Part shown: positions 18,601 through 26,979 of the stretch, in pieces
Position numbering within the stretch: the stretch's first letter is position 1
Layout of the letters: each line of letters opens with the position of its first letter
Source: Candidatus Thorarchaeota archaeon
Lineage (GTDB): Archaea > Asgardarchaeota > Thorarchaeia > Thorarchaeales > Thorarchaeaceae
NCBI GenBank assembly: GCA_016839275.1
Contig: JAEOUM010000064.1
Location: 6,470-70,469, forward strand
DNA: 64,000 nucleotides
Reading direction: 5' to 3'
Program-made: the position numbers and the translations under genes
Notes under the pieces: model-generated
The model's database searches: none
Told to the model about the DNA's origin: nothing
Seen by the model: the letters and a program-made list of their open reading frames with translations, nothing else

Positions 18601-19222
18601 GATATTGAAGATGCACATTCCGTGCATAAAGCTCTACTTCTTCGAGTGCTCGTTCTGTTTCTTCTGGAGTCGACTTGTATGATGGAAGTTTCAGTACTTG
18701 CCGAACATAATCAGCCACAAGAACAGTCATTGCAGCCTCAGTTCCTCCAGCTGCACGAATTGGACCAGCGAGATAGAGTGCGAGATACTGATTTCCTTCC
18801 TTTTCGGAGCCACGTATTTTGACATGTGCAATACCCTCAATTGGGGCTGCGGTGATGCTCTCTGTAAGGATAGCCAAGGCAACACGCACAGCTTTCTCAG
18901 CTGCTTTTTCAGAATCCGTTATGTTGCCAAGTGTTCCTTCAGCGATCTCTTTCGCCACGGCGAATGCGACTTCTTCTCGGGACCGACCCTTCTGCAATTC
19001 TCGAATACGTTTCGCCACGCCCACTGGACCTTCTAATGTGGCTTCAACGCGGGCTGCAACATCGTGTGCAGGAGGTATCTCCACCCGTACTGTTGGATCA
19101 AAACCCTTTGACCGTGCCTCCTCTGCAATAGCATATATTCTCGTGACTTCTTGATTCAAAGAGTCAAAGTACTGTTTGTAGCTAATACTATGAGGAGGAA
19201 GGTCGTGTTCGAGTTCTATCAC
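15650..19222 (-). CDS. polC: DNA polymerase II (PolD) large subunit DP2
   Basis: 1190 aa with a conserved DP2 N-terminus (YFDSLNQEVTRIYAIAEEARSKGFDP), multiple Cys4 zinc modules and catalytic double-psi barrel regions. No intein-sized insertion. Confidence 0.95.
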   Translation of the reverse strand: MIELEHDLPPHSISYKQYFDSLNQEVTRIYAIAEEARSKGFDPTVRVEIPPAHDVAARVEATLEGPVGVAKRIRELQKGRSREEVAFAVAKEIAEGTLGNITDSEKAAEKAVRVALAILTESITAAPIEGIAHVKIRGSEKEGNQYLALYLAGPIRAAGGTEAAMTVLVADYVRQVLKLPSYKSTPEETERALEEVELYARNVHLQYPVHPDLIRFAAERLPIMLTGEPTEEFEVSGSRDLDRIETNRVRGGSVLVLSDGVVGRATKLAKIVHDANIKGWEWLDELAARISKAKALEDEDTADKKLEPKYDYLSDVIGGRPVFSHPSRPGGFRLRYGRSRNTGLAGVGIHPATMYLLEEFLATGTHIRTERPGKGSIVAPVDTIEGPIVLFKDGSVTRFSRLDDARGLEGKVKKILFLGDILVALGEFIENNHPLVPSGYCEEWWSHDLEHAISSITKIQLTKKLTKSGLTAEDINKFIESPLAHIPSPTQAFHLSKKLKVPFHPFYLYRWTVLSVKELQGLRDWLLSTYETETTAEGERIVLPSDKSLKSLLEKVGIPHRFTKDKKKIVLTDEPIVILAQIGNTSKQPKGETALDFLNSVSQVQLRDKNGFSIGARMGRPEKAEARKMKPPVQVLFPVGRSKGTERRMEEVAKNVQYISTLDSFDEANYNSEISPEVSGVEVELVTRACPKCGYKTYESRCSECGTHTEIEARCAEEGCGRIIDPVTNRCPISTHLNPKHMTTKILSVDLKLELDRAKVEVGEFETHGLRGVLGLTNNNKIPEYLGKGILRAKHDVYCYRDGTARFDATDAPMTHFTPKEIGVSISRLRELGYVTDYDGAPLTSDDQIVELKVQDIIVSEKCGDYLLRVGRFVDDCLEKIYGQKRYYHLNSQEDIVGQLVIGLAPHTSAGIIGRIIGFTNSSVCFAHPYWHAAKRRNCDGDEDALILVLDALLNFSKHYLPAGRGGLMDAPLVLSVILNPKEVDDESHNMEVCRRYPARFYDLVAHAQHPNTVKKLVDIVATRLNTPAQYEGFGFTHSTTTFDIGPRNSRYKLLNTMDDKLEAQLRLATLIAAVDSQDVAQRVLSTHFFRDIRGNLRAYSTQKFRCMKCNRIYRRVPLSGKCICGEARLSLTVRQRNISKYLAVTEKIIHDHGLDQYMQERLKLINSSMDSLFVSEQTSLTDFFDDYSD

Positions 19223-19374
19223 AATTCGTCGTATCGGAACTATCGTGTTCCGTATTCTATGTTTCGCTTCAACAACATAGAAAATCTACTAGCTCGTTGC
19301 AAAAGAGTAGATTACTTTAAAGGAACGGGGCAAAACTAGTACTTAATAAGACGCCACCAAACAAATGGAGGAAG

Positions 19375-21177
19375 GTGACCTGTTTGCTTACTCTTGAAGA
19401 AACAATTGAACTAATTCTAAAGCATAGGTCTGACTTTGAGCGCAATGATATCCTGACAATGATTCAGGAGAAGCGCCAAGAGCTCGGCCCAGAAGTCATT
19501 AATGATGAGTCTGCCGCAATGATCGTGGCCAGAGAACTTGGTGTAGATCTGCATAAAGTAACGCCAAGTGCACGTCAGAGAATAGAGGACATTACAGAAT
19601 CTACTAAGAATGTGAATGCCCTAGTAGGTATTATTGACAGTATAAGTGATGTACGAACGTTTCAGAAATCGGATGGAACTGAGGGCAAAGTAGCAAGCGT
19701 TTTTCTCCGAGACGAAACGGGCAGTATCAGAGTTGCTCTGTGGGATGATATGACCAGAGCTATCTCGGAAGATGTTCTTACACCAGGTACGATTGTCCAA
19801 GTTAGAGGCGCATATGTCAAAATGGGGCTTGGGGATACAATTGAACTTAATATTGGACGTATGGGAACCATACAGCCGCTTGAAGATGATGAAATCGAAG
19901 AGATAGGGATTGATGTTGATTCACGACCAATATTAGAGGAGGTGAAGATTAGCAATCTTCAGGATAGGCTCTTCAATATCACATTGAAGGTTAAGGTCCA
20001 CAGAGTGTTCAATCTATCGACATTCACAAGAAAGAAGGATAATAGTGAAGGCAAGGTATTATCCATGATTGTTGCAGATGATACTGGAACTGCACGTTTC
20101 GTGTTTTGGGATGATAGAGCAGAGGAGATGGAGGATGCTCAGCCAAACGAGATAATTAGGGTAACTGGTGCTTATACAAAGCCTAATCGGGATGGAAATG
20201 AAATCGAGATTCATGCGGGTAATGCAGCAAAGATAGAGAGAGGACTAGAGGATAAGATGAAGACAGTGGAGGCGCCAGCAGCCTCATCAAGCACCTCAGT
20301 TCCTCTGGGTATGAAGAATATCGGGGATCTTACAATAAACATGTGGGATGTTGATATAGAGGGAAAAGTAGCAACAGTCTATGACGTAAGAACTTTCACA
20401 AAAAAGGATGGAAGCGAGGGACAGGTACGGAATGTGGTCATTGCGGACCAGACCAGTAAGATTCGTGTAACCTTTTGGGAAGATGATGTAGACAAGATTG
20501 CTAAGATCAAAGAAGGAGATGTAATCAGAATTCTTCACGGATACACAAAAGAAGGATTCAGAGGGGGTTTAGAGTTTACTGTGGGACGGAAGGCAGAACT
20601 TGTGTTGAATCCCAAGGACTCTCAATTGAAACAGCTTGATCTCTCAGAGGTGTCATTTGAGTCTGTACAAACCCAAGCTTCAAGAGTGCTCATAGGAGAT
20701 ATCGACGATGGAACCGAAGGAAAAAATGTTGAGATTTGTGGAATCATCGTGGGTATCGGGCAGACAGGAGTAATTTACCAAGCTTGCCCAACCTGTAATA
20801 AAAAGCTCGAAGCCACAGAAGACGGGTATAATTGCAAGTCATGTGGACCTGTTAAAGATCCGGAACCCAGAATGCTCTATAAAATTACAGTCGATGATGG
20901 TTCAGGCTCAATAAAAGCCACACTTTTTGGCAACATTGGTGAACAATTGCTAGGAATGACAGCTGAGGAGGCTCAAAAAATGATTTCCAAATCGGGCAAG
21001 GAGGATGAGCCACTCAGAGTGACCTCTGATAAGATACTTGGGAGATATGTTGCTATGTACGGACGTGTTAAGAAGTTCAGGGATTCCCTTGATATATCCA
21101 TCAATGGCTTTGAGTTTGCGGACCCTGTTCAAGAAATCAAACGACTAAAGGGAACAATTCAGAAGGAAATAAGTTGA
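19375..21177 (+). CDS. rpa: Replication protein A (multi-OB-fold ssDNA-binding protein with a zinc ribbon)
   Basis: Four repeated OB units (each ...DGTEGKVASVFLRDETGSIRVALWDD...-like). The last carries CPTCNKKL...CKSCG. GTG start preceded by GGAGG. Confidence 0.85.
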   Translation: MTCLLTLEETIELILKHRSDFERNDILTMIQEKRQELGPEVINDESAAMIVARELGVDLHKVTPSARQRIEDITESTKNVNALVGIIDSISDVRTFQKSDGTEGKVASVFLRDETGSIRVALWDDMTRAISEDVLTPGTIVQVRGAYVKMGLGDTIELNIGRMGTIQPLEDDEIEEIGIDVDSRPILEEVKISNLQDRLFNITLKVKVHRVFNLSTFTRKKDNSEGKVLSMIVADDTGTARFVFWDDRAEEMEDAQPNEIIRVTGAYTKPNRDGNEIEIHAGNAAKIERGLEDKMKTVEAPAASSSTSVPLGMKNIGDLTINMWDVDIEGKVATVYDVRTFTKKDGSEGQVRNVVIADQTSKIRVTFWEDDVDKIAKIKEGDVIRILHGYTKEGFRGGLEFTVGRKAELVLNPKDSQLKQLDLSEVSFESVQTQASRVLIGDIDDGTEGKNVEICGIIVGIGQTGVIYQACPTCNKKLEATEDGYNCKSCGPVKDPEPRMLYKITVDDGSGSIKATLFGNIGEQLLGMTAEEAQKMISKSGKEDEPLRVTSDKILGRYVAMYGRVKKFRDSLDISINGFEFADPVQEIKRLKGTIQKEIS

Positions 21178-21215
21178 AGAAGAGAGGTCTGTACCATTTC
21201 TGGTACGGACTTCAT

Positions 21216-22457
21216 CTAGGAACTTATCTCAACAAGTTTTGTGAGACCTTCAAGAAAAACACGAACATCTTCTTTATTGTTATACAGATAGAAGCTAGCA
21301 CGTGCAGTTCCTTTCTTTGGGTCAATACCCATTTGATAGTGGAATGGCCCAGCACAGTGCCAACCGGATCGTACCATGACATTGAATTCATCATTTAAGA
21401 AGGTCGCTACATCATGCGCAGAGGGAACAGAATCTACTCGGAAAGTAACTAATCCCGTCTTGATAGTGATATCATCAGTCCCAAGAATGTGTACATGGTC
21501 CATTTCGAGTAGCCGCTTTATAGCAATCTCGAGAAGAGAGCGCTCATGTTTCTCAATCTCTTCCATTCCTATCGACTGGAGATATTCGGCAGCTGCCCCT
21601 GCTCCTATTGCTCCAGCATAATTCTGTAGACCTGCCTCAAACTTCTCAGGAGGTGGGAGATACTCAGGAATGATTTTTCCGTTCTCGAATCTGACATCAC
21701 TGACAGTATCACCACCATACAAGAACATATTCATGGATTCAAGATGTTCTAGCTTGCCATATAATACACCCATACCCGTCGGACCACACATCTTATGTAC
21801 TGAAACGGCAGAGAAGTCCATATCAAAGGCTTGTACATCAAGAGGATGGTGTGGAGCAAATTGAGCGTCATCACTCATGACAAGAGCTCCACAATCATGA
21901 GCAATCTCAACGATTTCTTTTATGGGAGCAACGGTACCTGTAACATTAGAAGAATGAACAACGGATACCAAACTTGTGTTGCTATCGATTGTTCGCTTCC
22001 AGTCTTCAATATCGAAGGTGCCATCTGCTTGAGCTTTGATTACTTCGACCGTTAAACCATCTCTTCTTGCACGTTCTACAAAGGGTAGTGAGCCACTATG
22101 GTGCTCAAGAGAGGTTGTCACAATTTTCGATCCTTTGGGAATTTTAACCGAACTCGCGACAATATTCAAGGATTCTGTTGCATTACGCGTCCAGATACAC
22201 TCTTCCGGCTGACTTGCATTCAAGAAATCTGCAAATTTCTTTCGGGCAGCTAGATAGGCATTAGATGCCTCTTCACCAAATTTGTGAATGCTTCGTCCTG
22301 CGCAGGCAGGATACTTCTCATAATAATCATACATGGCATCAATAACTTGTCTTGGTTTGAGTGCCATACATGCACTATCAAGATACACCACAGATCGGCC
22401 ATTGATTTTTCGTTGAAGTGCGGGAAAATCACTTCTGATTCTTGTCCAGTCAACCAT
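21216..22457 (-). CDS. sufS: Cysteine desulfurase, SufS/CsdA-type (class V aminotransferase)
   Basis: PLP-lysine context SVHKMCGPTGMGVLYG and catalytic Cys context RSGWHCAGP. Confidence 0.85.
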   Translation of the reverse strand: MVDWTRIRSDFPALQRKINGRSVVYLDSACMALKPRQVIDAMYDYYEKYPACAGRSIHKFGEEASNAYLAARKKFADFLNASQPEECIWTRNATESLNIVASSVKIPKGSKIVTTSLEHHSGSLPFVERARRDGLTVEVIKAQADGTFDIEDWKRTIDSNTSLVSVVHSSNVTGTVAPIKEIVEIAHDCGALVMSDDAQFAPHHPLDVQAFDMDFSAVSVHKMCGPTGMGVLYGKLEHLESMNMFLYGGDTVSDVRFENGKIIPEYLPPPEKFEAGLQNYAGAIGAGAAAEYLQSIGMEEIEKHERSLLEIAIKRLLEMDHVHILGTDDITIKTGLVTFRVDSVPSAHDVATFLNDEFNVMVRSGWHCAGPFHYQMGIDPKKGTARASFYLYNNKEDVRVFLEGLTKLVEISS

Positions 22458-22462
22458 AATAC

Positions 22463-22723
22463 TCAGTCCTTTACAAGCTGCCAGTGGTATCCGCCTTTAC
22501 CGAACTTCTTTGTGATTAGTTTTAGTTCTACGAGCTGATTTGCAGCAGCAACAAATGAATCGCCACCTGCACAGTCTGTACATATACCAGCATACTTCTC
22601 GGTACGAGCTAGTTCAAGTATCTCGGTGGTTGTAAGGGAATCACCGGCTTCAAGAATTTTGAGCACGCACTGAGCTTCATTTGAGAGGTCGGGCATCATT
22701 GGTCGAAGCGGAGCATACGACAA
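22463..22723 (-). CDS. Small hypothetical protein, possibly winged-helix with a CxxC pair
   Basis: 86 aa, ending 5 nt upstream of the sufS start, so likely co-transcribed. It has a helix-rich LKILEAGDSLTTTEILELA segment and ICTDCAG. Confidence 0.35.
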   Translation of the reverse strand: MSYAPLRPMMPDLSNEAQCVLKILEAGDSLTTTEILELARTEKYAGICTDCAGGDSFVAAANQLVELKLITKKFGKGGYHWQLVKD

Positions 22724-22855
22724 TAAGAAAGCTTCTATGGGAATACTTGGACACTTAACAAAATGCTTAAATTAACATCCGAGCGGGTGAGCCCGCTCTA
22801 TTTCTGTCGGGGCATTTGCTCTGGTATGTGTGAAATAGGCATAGAGTGAGTGATC

Positions 22856-23107
22856 ATGGGAAGACGACGAAGGCAGAAAGTGCGCAGACGACCACAGAAA
22901 CGAATTCCAGATGTATATCCATGTCCCGCATGTGGCAACACTGCTATCAAAATCGAACTCTATAGAGATAATTCGATGGCGACTGTAAAATGTGGGTCTT
23001 GTGGCATAGAAATGACCATTGACGAGGTCAATCCTTTGACAGAACCCGTTGATATCTATGGGGCTTTTATCGACAAATTCTACGAAGAACGTACTGCTGA
23101 AACTTGA
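22856..23107 (+). CDS. elf1: Elf1-type transcription elongation factor (zinc ribbon)
   Basis: Basic N-tail (GRRRRQKVRRRPQKR), CPACG...CGSCG ribbon, and the C-terminal LTEPVDIYGAFID block, which matches the Elf1 LSEPIDVYSDWID block. Confidence 0.8.
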   Translation: MGRRRRQKVRRRPQKRIPDVYPCPACGNTAIKIELYRDNSMATVKCGSCGIEMTIDEVNPLTEPVDIYGAFIDKFYEERTAET

Positions 23108-23174
23108 GTGTGATACAACCGTCAATATTCAGCAATGGTTATAAGTGGACCAACTCCGAGAGCACAAGATTCCA

Positions 23175-23291
23175 ATGCAGACCATCGAGAATTTCATTGC
23201 AATTCTGTTTATCCTACTAGCTGCGATGGGCATACTTGCTATTTTGCTGACGATGGGTTATATGGTGTACGGTGGCGAGGAAGAAGAGTAG
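23175..23291 (+). CDS. 38-aa single-TM mini-protein (unannotated small ORF)
   Basis: Hand translation gives MQTIENFIAILFILLAAMGILAILLTMGYMVYGGEEEE: one hydrophobic helix and an acidic tail. There is no homology evidence. Confidence 0.3.
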   Translation: MQTIENFIAILFILLAAMGILAILLTMGYMVYGGEEEE

Positions 23292-23310
23292 TCCACTGGA
23301 AGTTGTCCCC

Positions 23311-23538
23311 ATGACTGATTCTATTCTAAAAACTGCTTTTGAAAACATTGCTACACATATCTCTAACATGGATAGTGTGCGAGAACTGATAGAAGAACTT
23401 GAGAATCAAAAGAAACCGATTGAACTCATAATTACTATACTAGAGAAGAAATCAGAAGAGGCAGAAGTTACTCTAAAAACTGATATCCGTATCTTAATCA
23501 ACGAATGCCGTCACCTTATGAGAAAGATGACTCACTAA
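23311..23538 (+). CDS. Hypothetical helical protein translationally coupled to lhr
   Basis: 75 aa from ATG 23311. Its stop overlaps the lhr start as TAATG at 23536-23540. Confidence 0.4.
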   Translation: MTDSILKTAFENIATHISNMDSVRELIEELENQKKPIELIITILEKKSEEAEVTLKTDIRILINECRHLMRKMTH

Positions 23539-26378
23539 TGACCGTGCAAACTGCACTGAACAAGGATATAGTATCCTTTCTCAGGTCAAAGGGAATAATC
23601 AAACCTACACCAATTCAGGAAAAGGCAATACCTATCATACTAAATGAAAGTGTGAACGCTCTTCTCCTAGCACCAACTGGTACCGGAAAGACTGAAGCAG
23701 CAATAATCCCACTCCTTGACAAACTCCAACAGTTAGCAAGGATAAGAGAATTGTTTGGAATCTATATCATCTACATTACTCCTCTAAGAGCATTGAACCG
23801 TGATGTGTTCAAGAGGATTGAAGAGTTATGCAAGCACTTGGGACTTACTGTGGATGTTAGACATGGAGATACAACACAGTATGCCAGAAGAAAACAGGCT
23901 ATCAAACCTCCCAATCTATTAATTACTACACCAGAGTCTCTACAGGCGATTCTTCCTGGAAAGAGACTACAACACCATTTGAAGACTGTTTTTGCTGTCA
24001 TAGTCGATGAAGTTCATGACCTAGCAGGTAGCAAGAGAGGTGTCCAACTCAGTTTAGGTCTTGAGCGACTAGAGCGGTTAGTTGGTACGAAAATTCAGCG
24101 TATCGGACTGTCAGCAACTGTGGGAAATCCAGATGAAGTTGCTCGACTCCTTAGTGGGAAAGAATGCATCAAGACACTATGGGCTGGTTATGATAATCAA
24201 AAAATGAAACTAAAGGTGGAGATGCCTACTCCAACAGATCAAGACAAGATTCTTGGTAGAAAAATATCCTATCCACCACATTCTGTTGCAAGACTCGAGG
24301 CAATCATACAACTGATTGAGACCCACAACTCTGTTCTAGTGTTCACTAACACACGATCCTTTGCAGAAGTTCTAGGAGCAAAGATGCGAGCAGTGAAACC
24401 ATCCCTTGAGTTTGATGTTCATCACGGGTCATTATCAAAAGATGCTCGACTGTCTGCTGAAGATCGTCTGAAGACTGGAATCTCAAAAGCGATAATAGCT
24501 ACGTCAAGTCTTGAGCTTGGTATTGATATTGGACAGGCTGATCTTGTTGTTCAGTATTCATCCCCAAGAGAGGTTTCAAGGCTAGTACAACGTGTCGGAA
24601 GGTCCGGTCATGGAATTGGTCGTATCTCAAAGGGTGTTGTTGTTTCCACTATTAATCTCGATGACATTATCGAGTCCGGTGTGATAATCAGAAGGGCTCG
24701 GCAGAACAGGGTTGAAGATGCAAGAATCCCAATGAAATCATGGGATGTTCTAGGACATCAAGTTTCAGGGGTCCTACTGGATATTGGTGAAATAGAAAAG
24801 ACTGCGCTTCTGAGGTTAGTAAAGGATGCGTATCCGTTTTCGGACGTTTCTGAATCTGAGTTAGATACACTCCTCCAGTTTATGGCGGGACGCCGACTTC
24901 TGGAGATAGATGGTTCAAGAGTTTCTAAGGGTCCCAGAACAAGAATCTTCTATTATGAGCGATTAAGTACAATCCCTGATATTAAACAAGTCAATGCAGT
25001 GGATATCACAACTAGATCCTCTATAGGCGTCTTGGACGAGGACTATGTTGCAGCAAATGTTGAAGCTGGCTCAGTGTTTGTCATTCGAGGCAGACCTTGG
25101 ACTGTTGTGAGTGTGGATGAGAGTAGTGGGGAGGTAATGTGTTCACCAGTGACAAGCATTGATATTGATGCTCCTCGATGGGTTGGAGAAATGATTCCTG
25201 TTCCATATGAAGTGGCCTCCGAAGTGTCGAAAGTCTGGAATTCGGTTGTGACCAAAGAGGAGAAGGAATTTAGAAAGTGGCTTAATCACGAGTATGGAAT
25301 ATCTGGAGAAGCCCAGAAACACATTATAAAAACCATCAATGAAACTGTGGAGGTTTTGGGCAATCTTCCCTCTACAGACAGATTAGTTCTTGAAATGTGT
25401 GGGACAGGTATAATTCTCCATGCACCTTTGGGAACTAGGGCTAATGAAACCTTAGGAATTGTTATCGCATCGCTTTTGACAACACGACTTGGTATTGGTG
25501 TAGCAGTTGAGAGAGACCCCTATCGTATCCTGTTCACTTCCAGTGAAGAGCTTGACCCAGAACATCTACTTGATGTATTGCGAGAATATTCATCTACGCA
25601 AGCAGCACATATTCTAGAATTAGCAGTGAAGCATACGCAGAATTTTGCCTCAAGATTTGTCCATGTAGCTCGAAGAATGGATGTTATTCGAAGAGATGCA
25701 AAATCCAGAGAGATTCCAGTGAAGTATCTCATAAAATCATTCGAAGGAACACCAGTGTTCGATGAGGCTATGAGGGAAGTCCTAGAAGAAAAAATGGATC
25801 AAAAAAGAGCATTAGAGGTCTTTACTAGGTTCTCCAAAGGTGAACTCAAGGTCCATGTGGTCAAGACTGCAACTCCTTCACCCCTTGCACGGCTCATCAT
25901 AGAAGAGAAGACACGTTTTGAGGTCATGGGAGAAATAACAGAGGAGGATGAAGTACTACGGATGATGGAGGAGCGTCTTCTTACAAAACAATTCAGACTG
26001 GTCTGCATGGCTCAAGGTCATTGGGATTCTATCAGAACCATATCAACCTTCGAAGACGTAGTCGAGTGCCCCATCTGTGGTTCAAAAATGATTGCGGTAT
26101 TACCAATTTCAGAAAAAGACTTCATAAAGCTAATTGCTAAACGTGTTAGAGGGGTATCCCTTACTAAGGATGATGAGAAAAGATACAATGCGGCAGCGCT
26201 TACCGCCGAACTTGTTTCTAGGTATGGGAAGAATGCACTCCTAGTATTAGCTGGACGAGGAATTGGTGCAACGACTGCATCACGAATTCTTCAGCCCGGA
26301 TTAACAGGAAGACTTGAAATCCTAAGAGCAATTGCCAAAGGGGAGCTACAGTATGAAAGAACACGACCCTACTGGTGA
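23538..26378 (+). CDS. lhr: Lhr-type large ATP-dependent helicase (SF2, DEAD_assoc domain)
   Basis: Walker A (LAPTGTGKT), DEVH box (IVDEVHD), SAT motif (LSATVGN), QRVGRSGH motif VI, a long C-terminal region and a CPICG zinc motif. Confidence 0.85.
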   Translation: MTVQTALNKDIVSFLRSKGIIKPTPIQEKAIPIILNESVNALLLAPTGTGKTEAAIIPLLDKLQQLARIRELFGIYIIYITPLRALNRDVFKRIEELCKHLGLTVDVRHGDTTQYARRKQAIKPPNLLITTPESLQAILPGKRLQHHLKTVFAVIVDEVHDLAGSKRGVQLSLGLERLERLVGTKIQRIGLSATVGNPDEVARLLSGKECIKTLWAGYDNQKMKLKVEMPTPTDQDKILGRKISYPPHSVARLEAIIQLIETHNSVLVFTNTRSFAEVLGAKMRAVKPSLEFDVHHGSLSKDARLSAEDRLKTGISKAIIATSSLELGIDIGQADLVVQYSSPREVSRLVQRVGRSGHGIGRISKGVVVSTINLDDIIESGVIIRRARQNRVEDARIPMKSWDVLGHQVSGVLLDIGEIEKTALLRLVKDAYPFSDVSESELDTLLQFMAGRRLLEIDGSRVSKGPRTRIFYYERLSTIPDIKQVNAVDITTRSSIGVLDEDYVAANVEAGSVFVIRGRPWTVVSVDESSGEVMCSPVTSIDIDAPRWVGEMIPVPYEVASEVSKVWNSVVTKEEKEFRKWLNHEYGISGEAQKHIIKTINETVEVLGNLPSTDRLVLEMCGTGIILHAPLGTRANETLGIVIASLLTTRLGIGVAVERDPYRILFTSSEELDPEHLLDVLREYSSTQAAHILELAVKHTQNFASRFVHVARRMDVIRRDAKSREIPVKYLIKSFEGTPVFDEAMREVLEEKMDQKRALEVFTRFSKGELKVHVVKTATPSPLARLIIEEKTRFEVMGEITEEDEVLRMMEERLLTKQFRLVCMAQGHWDSIRTISTFEDVVECPICGSKMIAVLPISEKDFIKLIAKRVRGVSLTKDDEKRYNAAALTAELVSRYGKNALLVLAGRGIGATTASRILQPGLTGRLEILRAIAKGELQYERTRPYW

Positions 26379-26979
26379 AGAGACCGCAGCATTGATTGTT
26401 TTCGCAGGGAGAAGCAATGTAGGAAAGAGCAGCATCATTCGTGCCCTCACTGGAAAGAAAGTAATTGTCGGAAAACGCCCCGGAAGTACCCGATGGGAAC
26501 AAATGATAGAGATGGGATCGTTCACAATTGCGGATATACCAGGTTTTGGCTTTATGGCGGGTCAAAGCAAGACCAAAATAGAAGAAACCAAGAAACATAT
26601 CATTCAATCGCTCGAGAATTGGAGCAATAGAATCCTGTTATCGGTCCTCATTATTGATATATCTCTGTTTAGAGTACTTCATGATAGATGGTCTGCTCGG
26701 GGTGAAATACCTGTAGATGTTGAATTCTTTTCGTTCTTGTGCGAAATATCGCCACGTGTGGTTGTTGTAGCAAACAAGGCAGACAAATTGAAAGGCAGCC
26801 ATGTTCAGAGCGAACTAGATTTTCTTGTTCATAAGCTCAGAGAGTCAGTTATTGATAGAGAACCAACTGTTATCGTAACAAACGCTCTGAAGAAGAAGGG
26901 GGTGTTTCTTTTGAAAGACCTTATCGATGAGATTCTAAAGGAGGAGGGTCTTGAACCACCAAGGTGGGCCCTCACCTAA
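26353..26979 (+). CDS. engB: GTP-binding protein EngB/YsxC-like
   Basis: G1 (GRSNVGKSS), G3 (DIPGFG), G4 (NKADK). Start taken at ATG 26353. Confidence 0.8.
   Translation: MKEHDPTGEETAALIVFAGRSNVGKSSIIRALTGKKVIVGKRPGSTRWEQMIEMGSFTIADIPGFGFMAGQSKTKIEETKKHIIQSLENWSNRILLSVLIIDISLFRVLHDRWSARGEIPVDVEFFSFLCEISPRVVVVANKADKLKGSHVQSELDFLVHKLRESVIDREPTVIVTNALKKKGVFLLKDLIDEILKEEGLEPPRWALT

Noticed and set aside
22772-23125. 117-aa minus-strand ORF
   Set aside because: It is fully antisense to the clearly recognisable Elf1 gene.
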